Positions 54,008 through 63,498 are shown, numbered from the stretch's first letter. The stretch: 64,000 bases of DNA from Acidimicrobiales bacterium (GCA_050011635.1 JBEKIU010000001.1:1010-65009), one strand, 5' to 3'. Translations and numbers: made by a program. The notes: generated from the letters alone by a model not told the origin.

Positions 54008-55173
54008 GCCGACCTCCGGGCCGGCTCCGGCCTGGCGTTCGCCTCGACCAGCCCGGCACCGGCTGCGGCGGCGTCGGGGCGGCCCATCGACCTGGCCGCC
54101 CTCCCCATGGCCTCGAGACCGGGCGGGTCGTCGAGGAGGCGGTCGATCGACTCGGCCAGCGTCGCCGCTTCGCACTCCGGATCGGGCAGGAGCAGAGCAG
54201 CCCCGACCCGTTGGAGGACACGGGCGTTGGCAGTCTGGTGGTCGCCCGGCGCACCGGGGAGCGGGACCAGGATGGAAGGCACGCCCGCCACCGCCAGCTC
54301 GGCGACGGTCATCGCGCCGGCCCTGCACACGACCAGGTCCGATGCCCGGTACACCAGATCCATCCGATCTTCGAAGGGCACGCTGACCACGCTGAGGCCC
54401 GGGCCCTTGCCCGTCCCACCGCCGCCGGAGTCCCCACCGGTCGGGGGACACCGGTCCCAGTCCCGCCGGCCCACGATGTGAAAGATCGACCGGTCGGTAC
54501 GGTCCTTCCAGCGTTCGACCAGGCCGGCCGCGGCGTCGTTGAGGCGGCGGGCCCCGAGCGAGCCGCCGAACACCGCCACGGTGGGGCGGTCCGCCGGCAG
54601 ACCCAGCGACCGCCTCGCCTGCCGCCGGGCGTCGGGCCCGCGGTCCACATCGGCGATCGCCGGACGTACCGGGGTGCCGGTGACGACCGAACGCGGCAGC
54701 GGACTCCCCGGCCATCCGACCGCGCTGGCGCGGGCGAAGCGCCCGAACAGCCGGTTCGCCGCCCCCGGCACCGCGTCGACGTTGACCAGCACCAGTGGGA
54801 CGCCGAGCAGCACCGCGGCCGACGAGGCGGGCAGGCTGGCGTAGCCCCCGACGGAGACCACCACCCGGGGACGGGCCCGAACCACCAGGGCGAAGGCTCG
54901 CACCGTGGCGACCAGCAGACCGCTGACGGCCCCGAGGTTGCGCCAGATGTCCACAGCCCGACGGCCACGGGCGATACCCCGGCCCGGCAACAGCGTGAAG
55001 GGGAACCCGCGCCCTTCCAGGGTCACCCGGTCCTGGCCCCGCCTCGATCCCACGAACTCGATGCTGTCGCGACCGTGCCCGGCATCGACCAGGGCTTCAG
55101 CGATGGCCAGTGCGGGCTGGAGGTGGCCTGCCGTTCCACCACCCGCGACCAGCGCATAGCGCCCCTCGCTCAC
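54004..55173 (-). CDS. murG: undecaprenyldiphospho-muramoylpentapeptide beta-N-acetylglucosaminyltransferase
   Basis: AGGGTAGHLQPALAIAEAL and the GT28 C-domain (CRAGAMTVAELAVAGVPSILVPLP). GTG 55173 overlaps the ftsW stop (GTGA). Confidence 0.95.
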   Translation of the reverse strand: MSEGRYALVAGGGTAGHLQPALAIAEALVDAGHGRDSIEFVGSRRGQDRVTLEGRGFPFTLLPGRGIARGRRAVDIWRNLGAVSGLLVATVRAFALVVRARPRVVVSVGGYASLPASSAAVLLGVPLVLVNVDAVPGAANRLFGRFARASAVGWPGSPLPRSVVTGTPVRPAIADVDRGPDARRQARRSLGLPADRPTVAVFGGSLGARRLNDAAAGLVERWKDRTDRSIFHIVGRRDWDRCPPTGGDSGGGGTGKGPGLSVVSVPFEDRMDLVYRASDLVVCRAGAMTVAELAVAGVPSILVPLPGAPGDHQTANARVLQRVGAALLLPDPECEAATLAESIDRLLDDPPGLEAMGRAARSMGRPDAAAAGAGLVEANARPEPARRSA

Positions 55174-56480
55174 CGGGGGGACAGCCGCCGCCAAGGCCGG
55201 TCGGCGATGGGCGCCGAGCGCTCTTGGGCGGCGATGTTGATGAGGATGCCCACCGCGGCCATGGTGACGATCAGCGACGACCCACCGAAGGAGACGAAGG
55301 GCAACGGGATGCCGGTGACCGGCAGGACGCCGATCACCGCGCCGATGTTGATCACCGCCTGGCTGGTGATCCAGGTGGTGATACCCACGGCCAGCAGGCT
55401 GCCGAACCGGTCTGGCGCTGCGGTCGCGGCCCGGAGCCCGTACCAGGCCAGGGCAAAGAACAGGCCCAGGAGGAAGAAGGCGCCGATCAGGCCGAGCTCC
55501 TCTCCCACCACCGAGAAGATGAAGTCGGTGTGGGCGTTGGGCAGGGTGCCGTACTTCTCACGGCCACCACCGAGGCCCAGCCCGAAGATGTGCCCCGATC
55601 CCAAACCGATCAGCGACTGCCAGACCTGGTAGCCCGTCCCCGACTTGCTGGCACCGGGGTTGAGGAAGGAGAGGATCCGGTCGCGCCGGTACGGATCGGC
55701 CAGTCCGACGATGAGGGCGAGCGCGGCGAAGGCCCCGAGGAGCTTCATGATCGGGGCCATCGGCACCCCGCCCATGAACAGGATGCCGAAGGCGATGCAG
55801 CTGAGGACCAGCGCGGTCCCCATGTCGGGTTGCTTCAGGATGAGGACCCCGGAGATCCCGAGCACAGCCAGGACGGGTACCAGGACCATCTTCGGGTCGG
55901 CCGCGGGATTCGCCCGTCGGGTCAACAGGTCGGCGGCGAAGACGGCCAGCGCCAGCTTCATCAGCTCCGACGGTTGCAATTGCAGCATCCCGAAGCCGAT
56001 CCACCGTGACGATCCTCCGGCCGACACACCGAGGTGGGGCACCAGCACGACCACCAGCAGCCCGAGGGTCACCACCACCAGCGGTCCCCTGACCTTTCGC
56101 CACTTGCGGTAGTCCATACGGGCGAACAGGAGGAGACCGCAGGTCCCGACGCCCATGTACATCGCCTGACGGATGAGGATCGCCCAGGGCGACCCGTAGA
56201 TGCTGAGGGAGATGATGGGGGACGCCGAGCCGACCATGACCAGTCCGAACACGCACAGGGCTCCGACCAGGACGGCCAGTGCGGGTGCTGTTCTCAGCCG
56301 CACCGCCCTCACCCGGACGGACCGGCCCGGGCCTTTCGGTTCCGGCACCGCGGTGGGGCGGTTGGTGTGGGTGGGCGCGTCGGTCGGTCCGGTGGTGGCC
56401 CGAGGCCTCACCGCCGTGGTCGTGCTCGACGGATGACGTCCCCTGGTGACCGTCCGGGCCGACGCTGTCCGCTCAACCAC
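55170..56480 (-). CDS. ftsW: SEDS-family peptidoglycan polymerase FtsW
   Basis: GGGAGG lies 5 nt upstream of GTG 56480. Multi-TM protein with LQPSELMKLALAVF, KQPDMGTAL and HTDFIFSVVGEELG. Confidence 0.93.
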   Translation of the reverse strand: MVERTASARTVTRGRHPSSTTTAVRPRATTGPTDAPTHTNRPTAVPEPKGPGRSVRVRAVRLRTAPALAVLVGALCVFGLVMVGSASPIISLSIYGSPWAILIRQAMYMGVGTCGLLLFARMDYRKWRKVRGPLVVVTLGLLVVVLVPHLGVSAGGSSRWIGFGMLQLQPSELMKLALAVFAADLLTRRANPAADPKMVLVPVLAVLGISGVLILKQPDMGTALVLSCIAFGILFMGGVPMAPIMKLLGAFAALALIVGLADPYRRDRILSFLNPGASKSGTGYQVWQSLIGLGSGHIFGLGLGGGREKYGTLPNAHTDFIFSVVGEELGLIGAFFLLGLFFALAWYGLRAATAAPDRFGSLLAVGITTWITSQAVINIGAVIGVLPVTGIPLPFVSFGGSSLIVTMAAVGILINIAAQERSAPIADRPWRRLSPR

Positions 56481-56588
56481 CGCAACCTCCCCCGATCGGT
56501 GGCACGGCCACCTCTCCGACCTCTCCCGCCCCTGTGTCCATCCCCCTAGCCTCGTCCACCGGGGCCCCCGGGTGGTGGAGCCTGGTCA

Positions 56589-57620
56589 TCAGACCTTCCC
56601 CACCGACAGGAAGTCCCCGTAGAAGATGCCCAGGCCGAGGGCGGCGAAGAGCCCGGCCAGGATCCAGAAGCGGACGATCACGGTGGTCTCGGGCCATCCC
56701 AGCAGTTCGAAATGGTGGTGCAGCGGGGCCATGAGGAAGACCCGACGGTGGAAGACCCGGAAGCTCACCACCTGGATGACCACCGACAGGGTGACGATGA
56801 CGAACAGGCCGCCGATGACGACCAGCAACAGGTCGAGGTTCATCAACAGGCACAGGGCGGCGAGCGCCGCTCCGATGGACAGCGACCCGGTGTCACCCAT
56901 GAAGATCTTGGCCGGTGCCGCGTTCCACCACAGGAAGCCGAGGCAGGCGCCGGCCAGGGCCACCGCGGCCAGGGCCAGGTCGAGGGCGTCGCCCACGTGG
57001 TAGATGGAGAAGTGACGGTACTGCCAGTACCCGATGATGGCGAGGCATGCGAAGCAGAAGGTCGACGCCCCGGCGGCCAGCCCGTCCAGGCCGTCGGTCA
57101 GGTTCACCGCATTGGCCGAGGCCACGATGATCACGGTGGCCCAGATCACCCACAAGCCCGTGCCCATGTGGAACCCGATCGAATCGTATCGGGTGAAGGA
57201 CAGCGCGGTGGAGGCGTGGGCCCAGTACACCGCAAGTAACGAGAACAGCACCCCGAGGCCGATCTGGGCACTGAACTTGGCCCGCTTGTTGAGCCCCAGG
57301 CTCCGACGGTGGCGCACCTTGATCCAGTCGTCGGCACAGCCGATGAGACCTGCCCCGACCAGGGCCAATATGATCAGCGCCCCCGATCGGGAGAAGGTCA
57401 CCCCGGGCACGGCGTGGGCGGCGAGGTAGCCGGCGACCACCGCGGCCACGATGCCGATTCCGCCCATGGTGGGCGTACCCGCCTTGGCGATGTGGACCTG
57501 GGGCCCGTCCTCCCTGATCTGCTGGCCGATGTTGTGCTTCACCAGCCAGCGGATGAGGAACGGGGTCGACAGCACCGCCACCCACAGGGCGACGCCGCCT
57601 GAGGTCATCAGCGAGATCAC
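56589..57620 (-). CDS. mraY: phospho-N-acetylmuramoyl-pentapeptide transferase
   Basis: KAGTPTMGG, NAVNLTDGLDGLAAG and MGDTGSLSIGAAL. GTG 57620 overlaps the murE stop (GTGA). Confidence 0.97.
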   Translation of the reverse strand: MISLMTSGGVALWVAVLSTPFLIRWLVKHNIGQQIREDGPQVHIAKAGTPTMGGIGIVAAVVAGYLAAHAVPGVTFSRSGALIILALVGAGLIGCADDWIKVRHRRSLGLNKRAKFSAQIGLGVLFSLLAVYWAHASTALSFTRYDSIGFHMGTGLWVIWATVIIVASANAVNLTDGLDGLAAGASTFCFACLAIIGYWQYRHFSIYHVGDALDLALAAVALAGACLGFLWWNAAPAKIFMGDTGSLSIGAALAALCLLMNLDLLLVVIGGLFVIVTLSVVIQVVSFRVFHRRVFLMAPLHHHFELLGWPETTVIVRFWILAGLFAALGLGIFYGDFLSVGKV

Positions 57621-59053
57621 GGTCGGACGCCGCCCGGTTCGGGGTCCGCCGACCGACCGGCGAGGGCCCGCCGCGCTTCGAGGCGATCGTCGAAGGGGAC
57701 CACCCCGTCGGCCACGACCTGGGTGGTTTCGTGGCCCTTTCCGGCGATGACGACCACGTCCCCCGGTCCGGCCATCCCGACCGCCGCGTCGATGGCCCCG
57801 GCCCTGTCCGGCTCGACCACCAGCTCCACACCGTCGCCGATGCCGGGCCGGATCTGGTCGATGATGGCCCCCGGGTCCTCATCCCGCGGATTGTCCGAGG
57901 TCAGCACGATGGTGTCGGACCAGCGGGTGGCCGCGGCACCCATCTCCGGGCGCTTCCCCTGGTCGCGATCACCGCCGCAACCGAACAGGCAGATCACCCG
58001 CCCCGATCCGGCCAGCTCCCGGGCCGCGGCGAGGACGACGTCCAACCCGGCCGGGGTATGGGCGTAGTCGACCAGCACCGTGAACGGGGTCCCCGCCGAC
58101 ACCACCTCCATCCGACCGGCGATCGGGGCCGCGCCGGCCAGACCGGCGGCGATCTGGTCCACGTCCAGCCCGAGGGCGTCGGTCACCGTCGCCGCCATCA
58201 CCGCATTGTCGATGTTGAACACCCCCGACAGGGGCACGCTCATGGGACGGCCGCGCCACCGGAACGATGAAGAACCTACGGCCAGCACGATGTCGGAGGC
58301 GTCCGACCGCTGGACCGGGATCACCCGGTGGCCAGCCACCCGGTCGGCCAATCGCCGGCCCCACTGGTCGTCCACGTTGATCGCCGCCACCCTGGCCGCC
58401 TTCGGCTCGAAGAGCCTCGCCTTGGCCTCGAAGTACTCGTCCATCGTCCGGTGGTGGTCGAGATGGTCACGACTGAGATTGGTGAACGCCGCCACATCGA
58501 AGACGATGCCGTCCACCCGGTGCTGGTCCAACCCGTGCGAGGACACCTCCATGGCCACTGCCCCGGTTCCCGCGGCCCGGAACGCGGCCAGCTGGGCCTG
58601 CAGCACCGGGGACTCCGGGGTGGTCCGCGACCCGCCCAACGTCCCGATCACCCCGGTCGGTTCGCCCGAATGGGCCAGGATGGACCGCACCAGCTGGGTC
58701 ACCGTCGTCTTCCCGTTGGTGCCGGTGACGCCCACCATCTTCATCGCCCTCGAAGGGTGCCCGTTGAACGCCGATGCCACCGTGGCCATGGCCGGCCTGA
58801 CCGCACCGGCCGCCACCCGCACCTGGGTCACGTCGAGATCGAGGAACCGGTCGCACAACAGCGAGGTGGCCCCGCCGGTCACCGCGTGAGCGGCATGGAG
58901 GTGGCCGTCGGTGTGCTCGCCGGGAACGCAGCAGAACAGCGAACCCGGGCCGACCAGCCTGCTGTCGAAGTCCACCGCCGTCACCTCGGTGGAAGCCGGA
59001 TCGCCGCGGACATCGAGCACATCGAGGTCATGGATCAGCTTGGTCATCAGCAC
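57617..59053 (-). CDS. murE: UDP-N-acetylmuramoyl-L-alanyl-D-glutamate--2,6-diaminopimelate ligase
   Basis: GVTGTNGKTT, MEVSSHGLDQHR and the meso-DAP-specifying DNPR motif (TSDNPRDEDP). These are MurE features, not MurF. Confidence 0.95.
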   Translation of the reverse strand: MLMTKLIHDLDVLDVRGDPASTEVTAVDFDSRLVGPGSLFCCVPGEHTDGHLHAAHAVTGGATSLLCDRFLDLDVTQVRVAAGAVRPAMATVASAFNGHPSRAMKMVGVTGTNGKTTVTQLVRSILAHSGEPTGVIGTLGGSRTTPESPVLQAQLAAFRAAGTGAVAMEVSSHGLDQHRVDGIVFDVAAFTNLSRDHLDHHRTMDEYFEAKARLFEPKAARVAAINVDDQWGRRLADRVAGHRVIPVQRSDASDIVLAVGSSSFRWRGRPMSVPLSGVFNIDNAVMAATVTDALGLDVDQIAAGLAGAAPIAGRMEVVSAGTPFTVLVDYAHTPAGLDVVLAAARELAGSGRVICLFGCGGDRDQGKRPEMGAAATRWSDTIVLTSDNPRDEDPGAIIDQIRPGIGDGVELVVEPDRAGAIDAAVGMAGPGDVVVIAGKGHETTQVVADGVVPFDDRLEARRALAGRSADPEPGGVRP

Positions 59054-59115
59054 GAGAGGGTGTTCCAGGTGGTCGGGCGCGACGGAGGGCTCCCACGATT
59101 GGGGTCAGGGCCCAC

Positions 59116-60978
59116 CTAAGGCCCTTCCGTGGTCGCTCCAGCCGGCACCGAGATGCTACCCGTGCCACCGACGGCAGAATTCGATGCCGAAGTCGTTCCC
59201 GCCGCGGTGGTGGGAATACCGTAGTGGTGCAGGGCATAGGCCATAATGGTGGAGAAGACCGGCGCGGCCACAGCACCGCCGTAGATGGGGGTGGGGTGGT
59301 CGAGGACCACCACCGCCGACAGCACCGGGTTCTGAGCGGGGGCGAAACCTGCGAACGACCCGACATAGGCTCCCGAGATGTAGCCCAGGTGGCTCGGATT
59401 GGGGATCTGGGCCGTACCGGTCTTGCCGGCCACCGTGTACCCGTCGACGGCGGCCTCGGTCCCGGTCCCCGAGTTCACCACCCCTTCGAGCATGGAGACC
59501 AGCTCGGCGTCCGTGGTGGGGTTGATGACCCGGTGCTTGCTCGACGGGCGGACAGCGGTCACGACCCCCGAGGGGCTCACGGTGCCCCGCACCAGGCTCG
59601 GAGCTACGAACACGCCCCCGTTGGCCACCGCATTGTAGGCATCGAGGATCTGCTGGGCCGTCACCGCGTCATCCTGTCCGATGGGCGTCGAGCCGATGGA
59701 GGTCCCGGTCCAGGTGCTGGCCCCCGGCACCAGGCCCTCCGACTCTCCCGGGAAATCGAGACCGGTCGGATGGCCGAACCCGAGGTTGCTGATTTGGGCC
59801 AGGAGCGGGTCCTCCCCCAACCTTTGGGCGATTTCGATGGTCCCGAGGTTGGAGGACTGGGCCAGGATCTGGCTGGCGGTGAGGACCTCGTTGCCGTGCG
59901 ATTCGGCGTCGTGGAACGTGTAGGTGCCCATATGCAGCGAGGCGGGGACGTTGATCCTCTGGTCCGGAGTGATCAGACCGTCGGCCAGGGCCGCGGAGAA
60001 CGTGACCAGCTTGAACACCGAACCCGGCTCGTAGACCTGGGTGACGGCGTAGTTTGCCGGCGCCTCCTCCACGCCGGCCGGAAGGGTGTCCGCTCCGGAC
60101 ACCAGGGTCGGTCCGGACGTCGACTGGATGCCCGAGGGCTCGGGTGCCCGCTTGTCGGCCTCGGTGGCCCCGGTCGTCGCCGACCCGGACGTCGCCTGAA
60201 GGTCGGCCATGGCCAGGATGTCGCCCGTCTTCACGTCCTCGACCACGGCGATGCCACTGAAGGCGTGGGATGCGGCGATCTCGGCCCCGAGGGCCTGCTC
60301 GGCGACGTACTGCACAGCCTCATCGATGCTCAGCTCCAGCCCGGTACCGGGTCGGGTGGGCACCGAGCCATTACCGGAACCGGGCAGCGCCACCCCGCCG
60401 GGTGACTCCAACAGGTTCTCCGAACCGGACCTGCCCGCCAACAACGACTGGTACTGGTACTCGAGCCCGGACGTCCCATTCCCGTTCCAGCCGGTCGACC
60501 CGACGACGGGAAGGGCCAACTGCCCGTCGGGCTGCACCCGCTGCGCCTCGGGGACCAGGTTGATCCCGGCCAACGCCAGTGCGGTCACCTTGGCTGCCAC
60601 CGCGTCGGACACGCGATGGGCGAGGTAGACGAAGCCCGAAGGCTCGGTGAGCTCGCTCCGGAGCTGGTCGGTCGGGATCCCGAGGACCGGGGAGAGCGCC
60701 GCCGCAGTGGTGGCCGGGTGGGTGATGAGCAGCGGATCGGCCACCACGGTCTGCTTGGTGACCGACTCGGCCAGCACCTCGCCGTTGCGGTCGTAGATGG
60801 CACCGCGGACGGCCGGGACGGTGATCGTCTGGGCCAGCTCCGATGTCGACAAGGAGGCGTAGTGCTGATGGCTGAACTCCTGGACGCCGACCAGGCGGAC
60901 GACCAGGGCGACGAAGACCAGTACCAGCACCAGACGCATGGCGCGGGTGCGCCGGCCCAGCAGGACGGATGGGCTCAC
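59116..60978 (-). CDS. ftsI: class B penicillin-binding protein / division transpeptidase FtsI
   Basis: N-terminal TM helix, a PBP dimerisation domain, and the SxxK (GSVFK), SxN (QSSN) and KTG (AGKTGTA) motifs. Confidence 0.93.
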   Translation of the reverse strand: MSPSVLLGRRTRAMRLVLVLVFVALVVRLVGVQEFSHQHYASLSTSELAQTITVPAVRGAIYDRNGEVLAESVTKQTVVADPLLITHPATTAAALSPVLGIPTDQLRSELTEPSGFVYLAHRVSDAVAAKVTALALAGINLVPEAQRVQPDGQLALPVVGSTGWNGNGTSGLEYQYQSLLAGRSGSENLLESPGGVALPGSGNGSVPTRPGTGLELSIDEAVQYVAEQALGAEIAASHAFSGIAVVEDVKTGDILAMADLQATSGSATTGATEADKRAPEPSGIQSTSGPTLVSGADTLPAGVEEAPANYAVTQVYEPGSVFKLVTFSAALADGLITPDQRINVPASLHMGTYTFHDAESHGNEVLTASQILAQSSNLGTIEIAQRLGEDPLLAQISNLGFGHPTGLDFPGESEGLVPGASTWTGTSIGSTPIGQDDAVTAQQILDAYNAVANGGVFVAPSLVRGTVSPSGVVTAVRPSSKHRVINPTTDAELVSMLEGVVNSGTGTEAAVDGYTVAGKTGTAQIPNPSHLGYISGAYVGSFAGFAPAQNPVLSAVVVLDHPTPIYGGAVAAPVFSTIMAYALHHYGIPTTAAGTTSASNSAVGGTGSISVPAGATTEGP

Positions 60979-61457
60979 TGCCCGGCTGTTGCCGCGGAGC
61001 TGGCCGTGGCGGCCGGGTCCTGGCCCGGGAGGGGTGCCGTCTGGGGAACGGGGAGCGGGACATCGAGAGGCACCTGCGGCAGATCGACCACATAAGGCGT
61101 GGCCAGAAGGCCCTGCCGCTTGGCTTGAGCCACCACCACCGGGGGCGCGGCCTTCTCGGCCACTTCCACCTGGAAGGCCTTCTGGGTGACAACGGCCGCG
61201 GCCAGCTGGCTCTGGGTCGTGGCCAGGCTGACCTGGCCCTCGCTGACCAGGGCGTCACCGACCACCACCGTGAGAAGACTCCCGACCACGAGGGCTCCCG
61301 ACACCCACATGGTCCACCGCCGGACCGATCGCGTGGCCGACCTGGAGCGGCGGGCGGGCTCGAGGACCCGCAGCGGTGGCCGACGGTCCCGGGACGGCTC
61401 GGGACGGGGCGCGGTACGTGACGACAGGCGCGGGGCCACTGAGGTCGGCGGGGCCAT
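60975..61457 (-). CDS. FtsL-like septum formation protein (single-pass membrane protein)
   Basis: ATG 61457 overlaps the rsmH stop (ATGA). Basic N-terminus, a TM helix (WVSGALVVGSLLTVVVG) and a short coiled segment. Assigned by its canonical position between rsmH and ftsI. Confidence 0.6.
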   Translation of the reverse strand: MAPPTSVAPRLSSRTAPRPEPSRDRRPPLRVLEPARRSRSATRSVRRWTMWVSGALVVGSLLTVVVGDALVSEGQVSLATTQSQLAAAVVTQKAFQVEVAEKAAPPVVVAQAKRQGLLATPYVVDLPQVPLDVPLPVPQTAPLPGQDPAATASSAATAGQ

Positions 61458-62863
61458 CAGGCCACTTCCCCGCCGGCGGCCGATCCACTGGACGAGCCGG
61501 GCAGGCGTTCGATGACCCGGAGCCGGGCGGCCTCGGCTCGGCGATTGCGACCCACCTCGTCCTCGGTCGGGCGCCGCGCCCCGCGAGCGACGAGGCGGAA
61601 CTGCGGGTCGGCGCCGCAGACGCAGGGAAGGCCGGGTGGGCACCTGCAGTCGTCGGTGGCCATGCGGGTGAAGAACGTCTTCACCAGCCGGTCCTCTCCC
61701 GAGTGGTAGGCGATGACCACGCACCGCCCGCCGGGTCCGAGGAGGTCGAGGGCGTCAGCGAGCGCTGTCTGCAGTTGGTCGAGCTCCTCGTTGACCGTGA
61801 TCCGGATGGCCTGGAACACACGACGCGCCGGATGCCCGCCGGTCCGCCGGGTGGCCGCCGGGATGGCCTCCCTCACCACATCGGCCAACTGCCCCGTGGT
61901 GGTCAACGGCCGAGCGGCCACGATGGCGCGCGCGATACGCCGGGCGAACCGTCCTTCACCGTTGTCGGCGAAGATCTCGACCAGGGCTTCCTCGTCGTAC
62001 TCGTTCACGACGTCGGCAGCGGTGCGTCCCGTCGTCGGATCCATCCTCATGTCCAGGACCGCATCGCGACGGTAGGAGAACCCTCGCCCGGGCACGTCCA
62101 GCTGGGGTGAACTGACTCCGAGGTCGAACAAGACCCCACTGAGCCTGTGGTGGCCGGTGGACGACCCGGACCCGTCCTGCAGTTCACGGACGACGTCGCT
62201 CAGCGCGTCGAACCGTGACTGGCGGACCGCGGCCCGGCTCCCGAACGGGGCCAGCTCCTCGGTGGCCGCGGCCACGGCCAGCGGATCACGGTCGATCCCG
62301 AGGATCGTGATGCCGGGGTTGGCCCGGAGCAGGGCGGCGGCGTGGCCCCCACCCCCGAGCGTGGCGTCGACCACCAGGCCCGGGGGCACCGGGCTCAACA
62401 GCTCGACCACCTCCGTGGTCATGACCGGCTCGTGGTCGAATGTCTGGCTCATCCGCAGTCCCTCGACCGGCACGATGCTTGCGGGTGGAGTGCCGCGACG
62501 CTCACTCTGGAAGCAGGCGGAGGAGGATTCTTCCAGAGATCCGGTCGAGGGACTGCGCATGGGCCAGACCCGCTCGATGTGTACGTCCTGACGGGCGACG
62601 GCGGCCAGCCCCGATTCGAATGGCGTCGGCCGGCGGCATCCGTCTGACCGCCCTCCGGGCACCAGCGTCTGGACCGGCGCCGTCGACGTGGAGATGGTCC
62701 GGATACCGCTCCGGTCGGCCAAGGCATCCGATCCCCTGGCCCCGCCGGCGGGGTGGTCGGGGCTGATGCGACCGGCGCCGTTCGGCTCGGCGCCGTGGAT
62801 GCCGGAATCGGCGGACCCAGACGGGGGGACGGGAAGGCTGGCGCGTACGACATGGAGGCGCAC
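61457..62863 (-). CDS. rsmH: 16S rRNA (cytosine1402-N4)-methyltransferase RsmH, possibly with a low-complexity N-terminal extension
   Basis: The conserved core starts at ATG 62452 (MSQTFDHEPVM...DATLGGGGHA...FDLGVSSPQLD). The frame stays open upstream, with about 84 percent third-position GC, up to GTG 62863, which is 8 nt after the mraZ stop. Candidate starts are 62863, 62662, 62560, 62473 and 62452. Confidence 0.85.
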   Translation of the reverse strand: MRLHVVRASLPVPPSGSADSGIHGAEPNGAGRISPDHPAGGARGSDALADRSGIRTISTSTAPVQTLVPGGRSDGCRRPTPFESGLAAVARQDVHIERVWPMRSPSTGSLEESSSACFQSERRGTPPASIVPVEGLRMSQTFDHEPVMTTEVVELLSPVPPGLVVDATLGGGGHAAALLRANPGITILGIDRDPLAVAAATEELAPFGSRAAVRQSRFDALSDVVRELQDGSGSSTGHHRLSGVLFDLGVSSPQLDVPGRGFSYRRDAVLDMRMDPTTGRTAADVVNEYDEEALVEIFADNGEGRFARRIARAIVAARPLTTTGQLADVVREAIPAATRRTGGHPARRVFQAIRITVNEELDQLQTALADALDLLGPGGRCVVIAYHSGEDRLVKTFFTRMATDDCRCPPGLPCVCGADPQFRLVARGARRPTEDEVGRNRRAEAARLRVIERLPGSSSGSAAGGEVA

Positions 62864-62871
62864 CGGGGCAC

Positions 62872-63291
62872 TCAGCCGTCGTCGCCCTGGGTGAGTCGTT
62901 CCTCCTCGGGCAGCACCTTTTGGTCCCAGGTCTCCCGGTTCCACAGCTCCACCCGGTCGATCGCCCCGAGGACCAAGACGTCTCCCACCAGGCCGGCGTA
63001 GGCCCGGAGGCGTGACGGAATGGCCATCCGTCCCTGCCGATCGATCTCCAGCTCGTGGGAGGTCGAAGCCCACAACCGCACCAGGTTGCGGTCGCTCCTC
63101 CCGGTGGCCGCCCGCTCCAGCATGCTCTCCATCTGCAGCTCGAACTGGTCCGGCGTCCACAGCGACAAGCACCCGTCCTGATATTCGGTCAAGTAGCCGC
63201 CGTGCTCGAACGGTCCGCGGAACTTCGACGGGAGGATCACCCTTCCCTTGTCGTCGAGCGAGTGCTCGTACCTGCCGAAGAACCGTGCCAC
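62872..63291 (-). CDS. mraZ: transcriptional regulator MraZ
   Basis: GTG 63291, with GGGAG 9 nt upstream, gives VARFFGRYEHSLDDKGRVILPSKFR...DRQGRMAIPSRLR (two SpoVT-AbrB halves), 139 aa. Confidence 0.95.
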   Translation of the reverse strand: MARFFGRYEHSLDDKGRVILPSKFRGPFEHGGYLTEYQDGCLSLWTPDQFELQMESMLERAATGRSDRNLVRLWASTSHELEIDRQGRMAIPSRLRAYAGLVGDVLVLGAIDRVELWNRETWDQKVLPEEERLTQGDDG

Positions 63292-63347
63292 TGGTGATTG
63301 CTCCCACAATGCTCCCCGCAGTGCCCGAAACCCGATTGTCAGGTTCC

Positions 63348-63375
63348 TCCCTTTCACACCACTTTGCGCCACTTT
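63348..63375 (-). promoter_or_regulatory. candidate MraZ operator: three direct AAAGTGG-type boxes at 10-11 bp spacing
   Basis: The minus strand reads AAAGTGG-CGC-AAAGTGG-TGTG-AAAGGGA, 57-84 nt upstream of the mraZ start. It matches the AAAGTG[T/G] plus 3-nt spacer operator pattern described for MraZ in Mollicutes. Confidence 0.55.
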
Positions 63376-63498
63376 ACGCCCCTGACCCCCACTGGTCAAC
63401 CACTCGGACCCAATGCGGGCGCAGCCCGGACGGAACGATCGGTGCGGTCGGCCTCCGGCGACGCGCACGGGTTGGACCCGGTGGAGGCCGCGAGGCGC

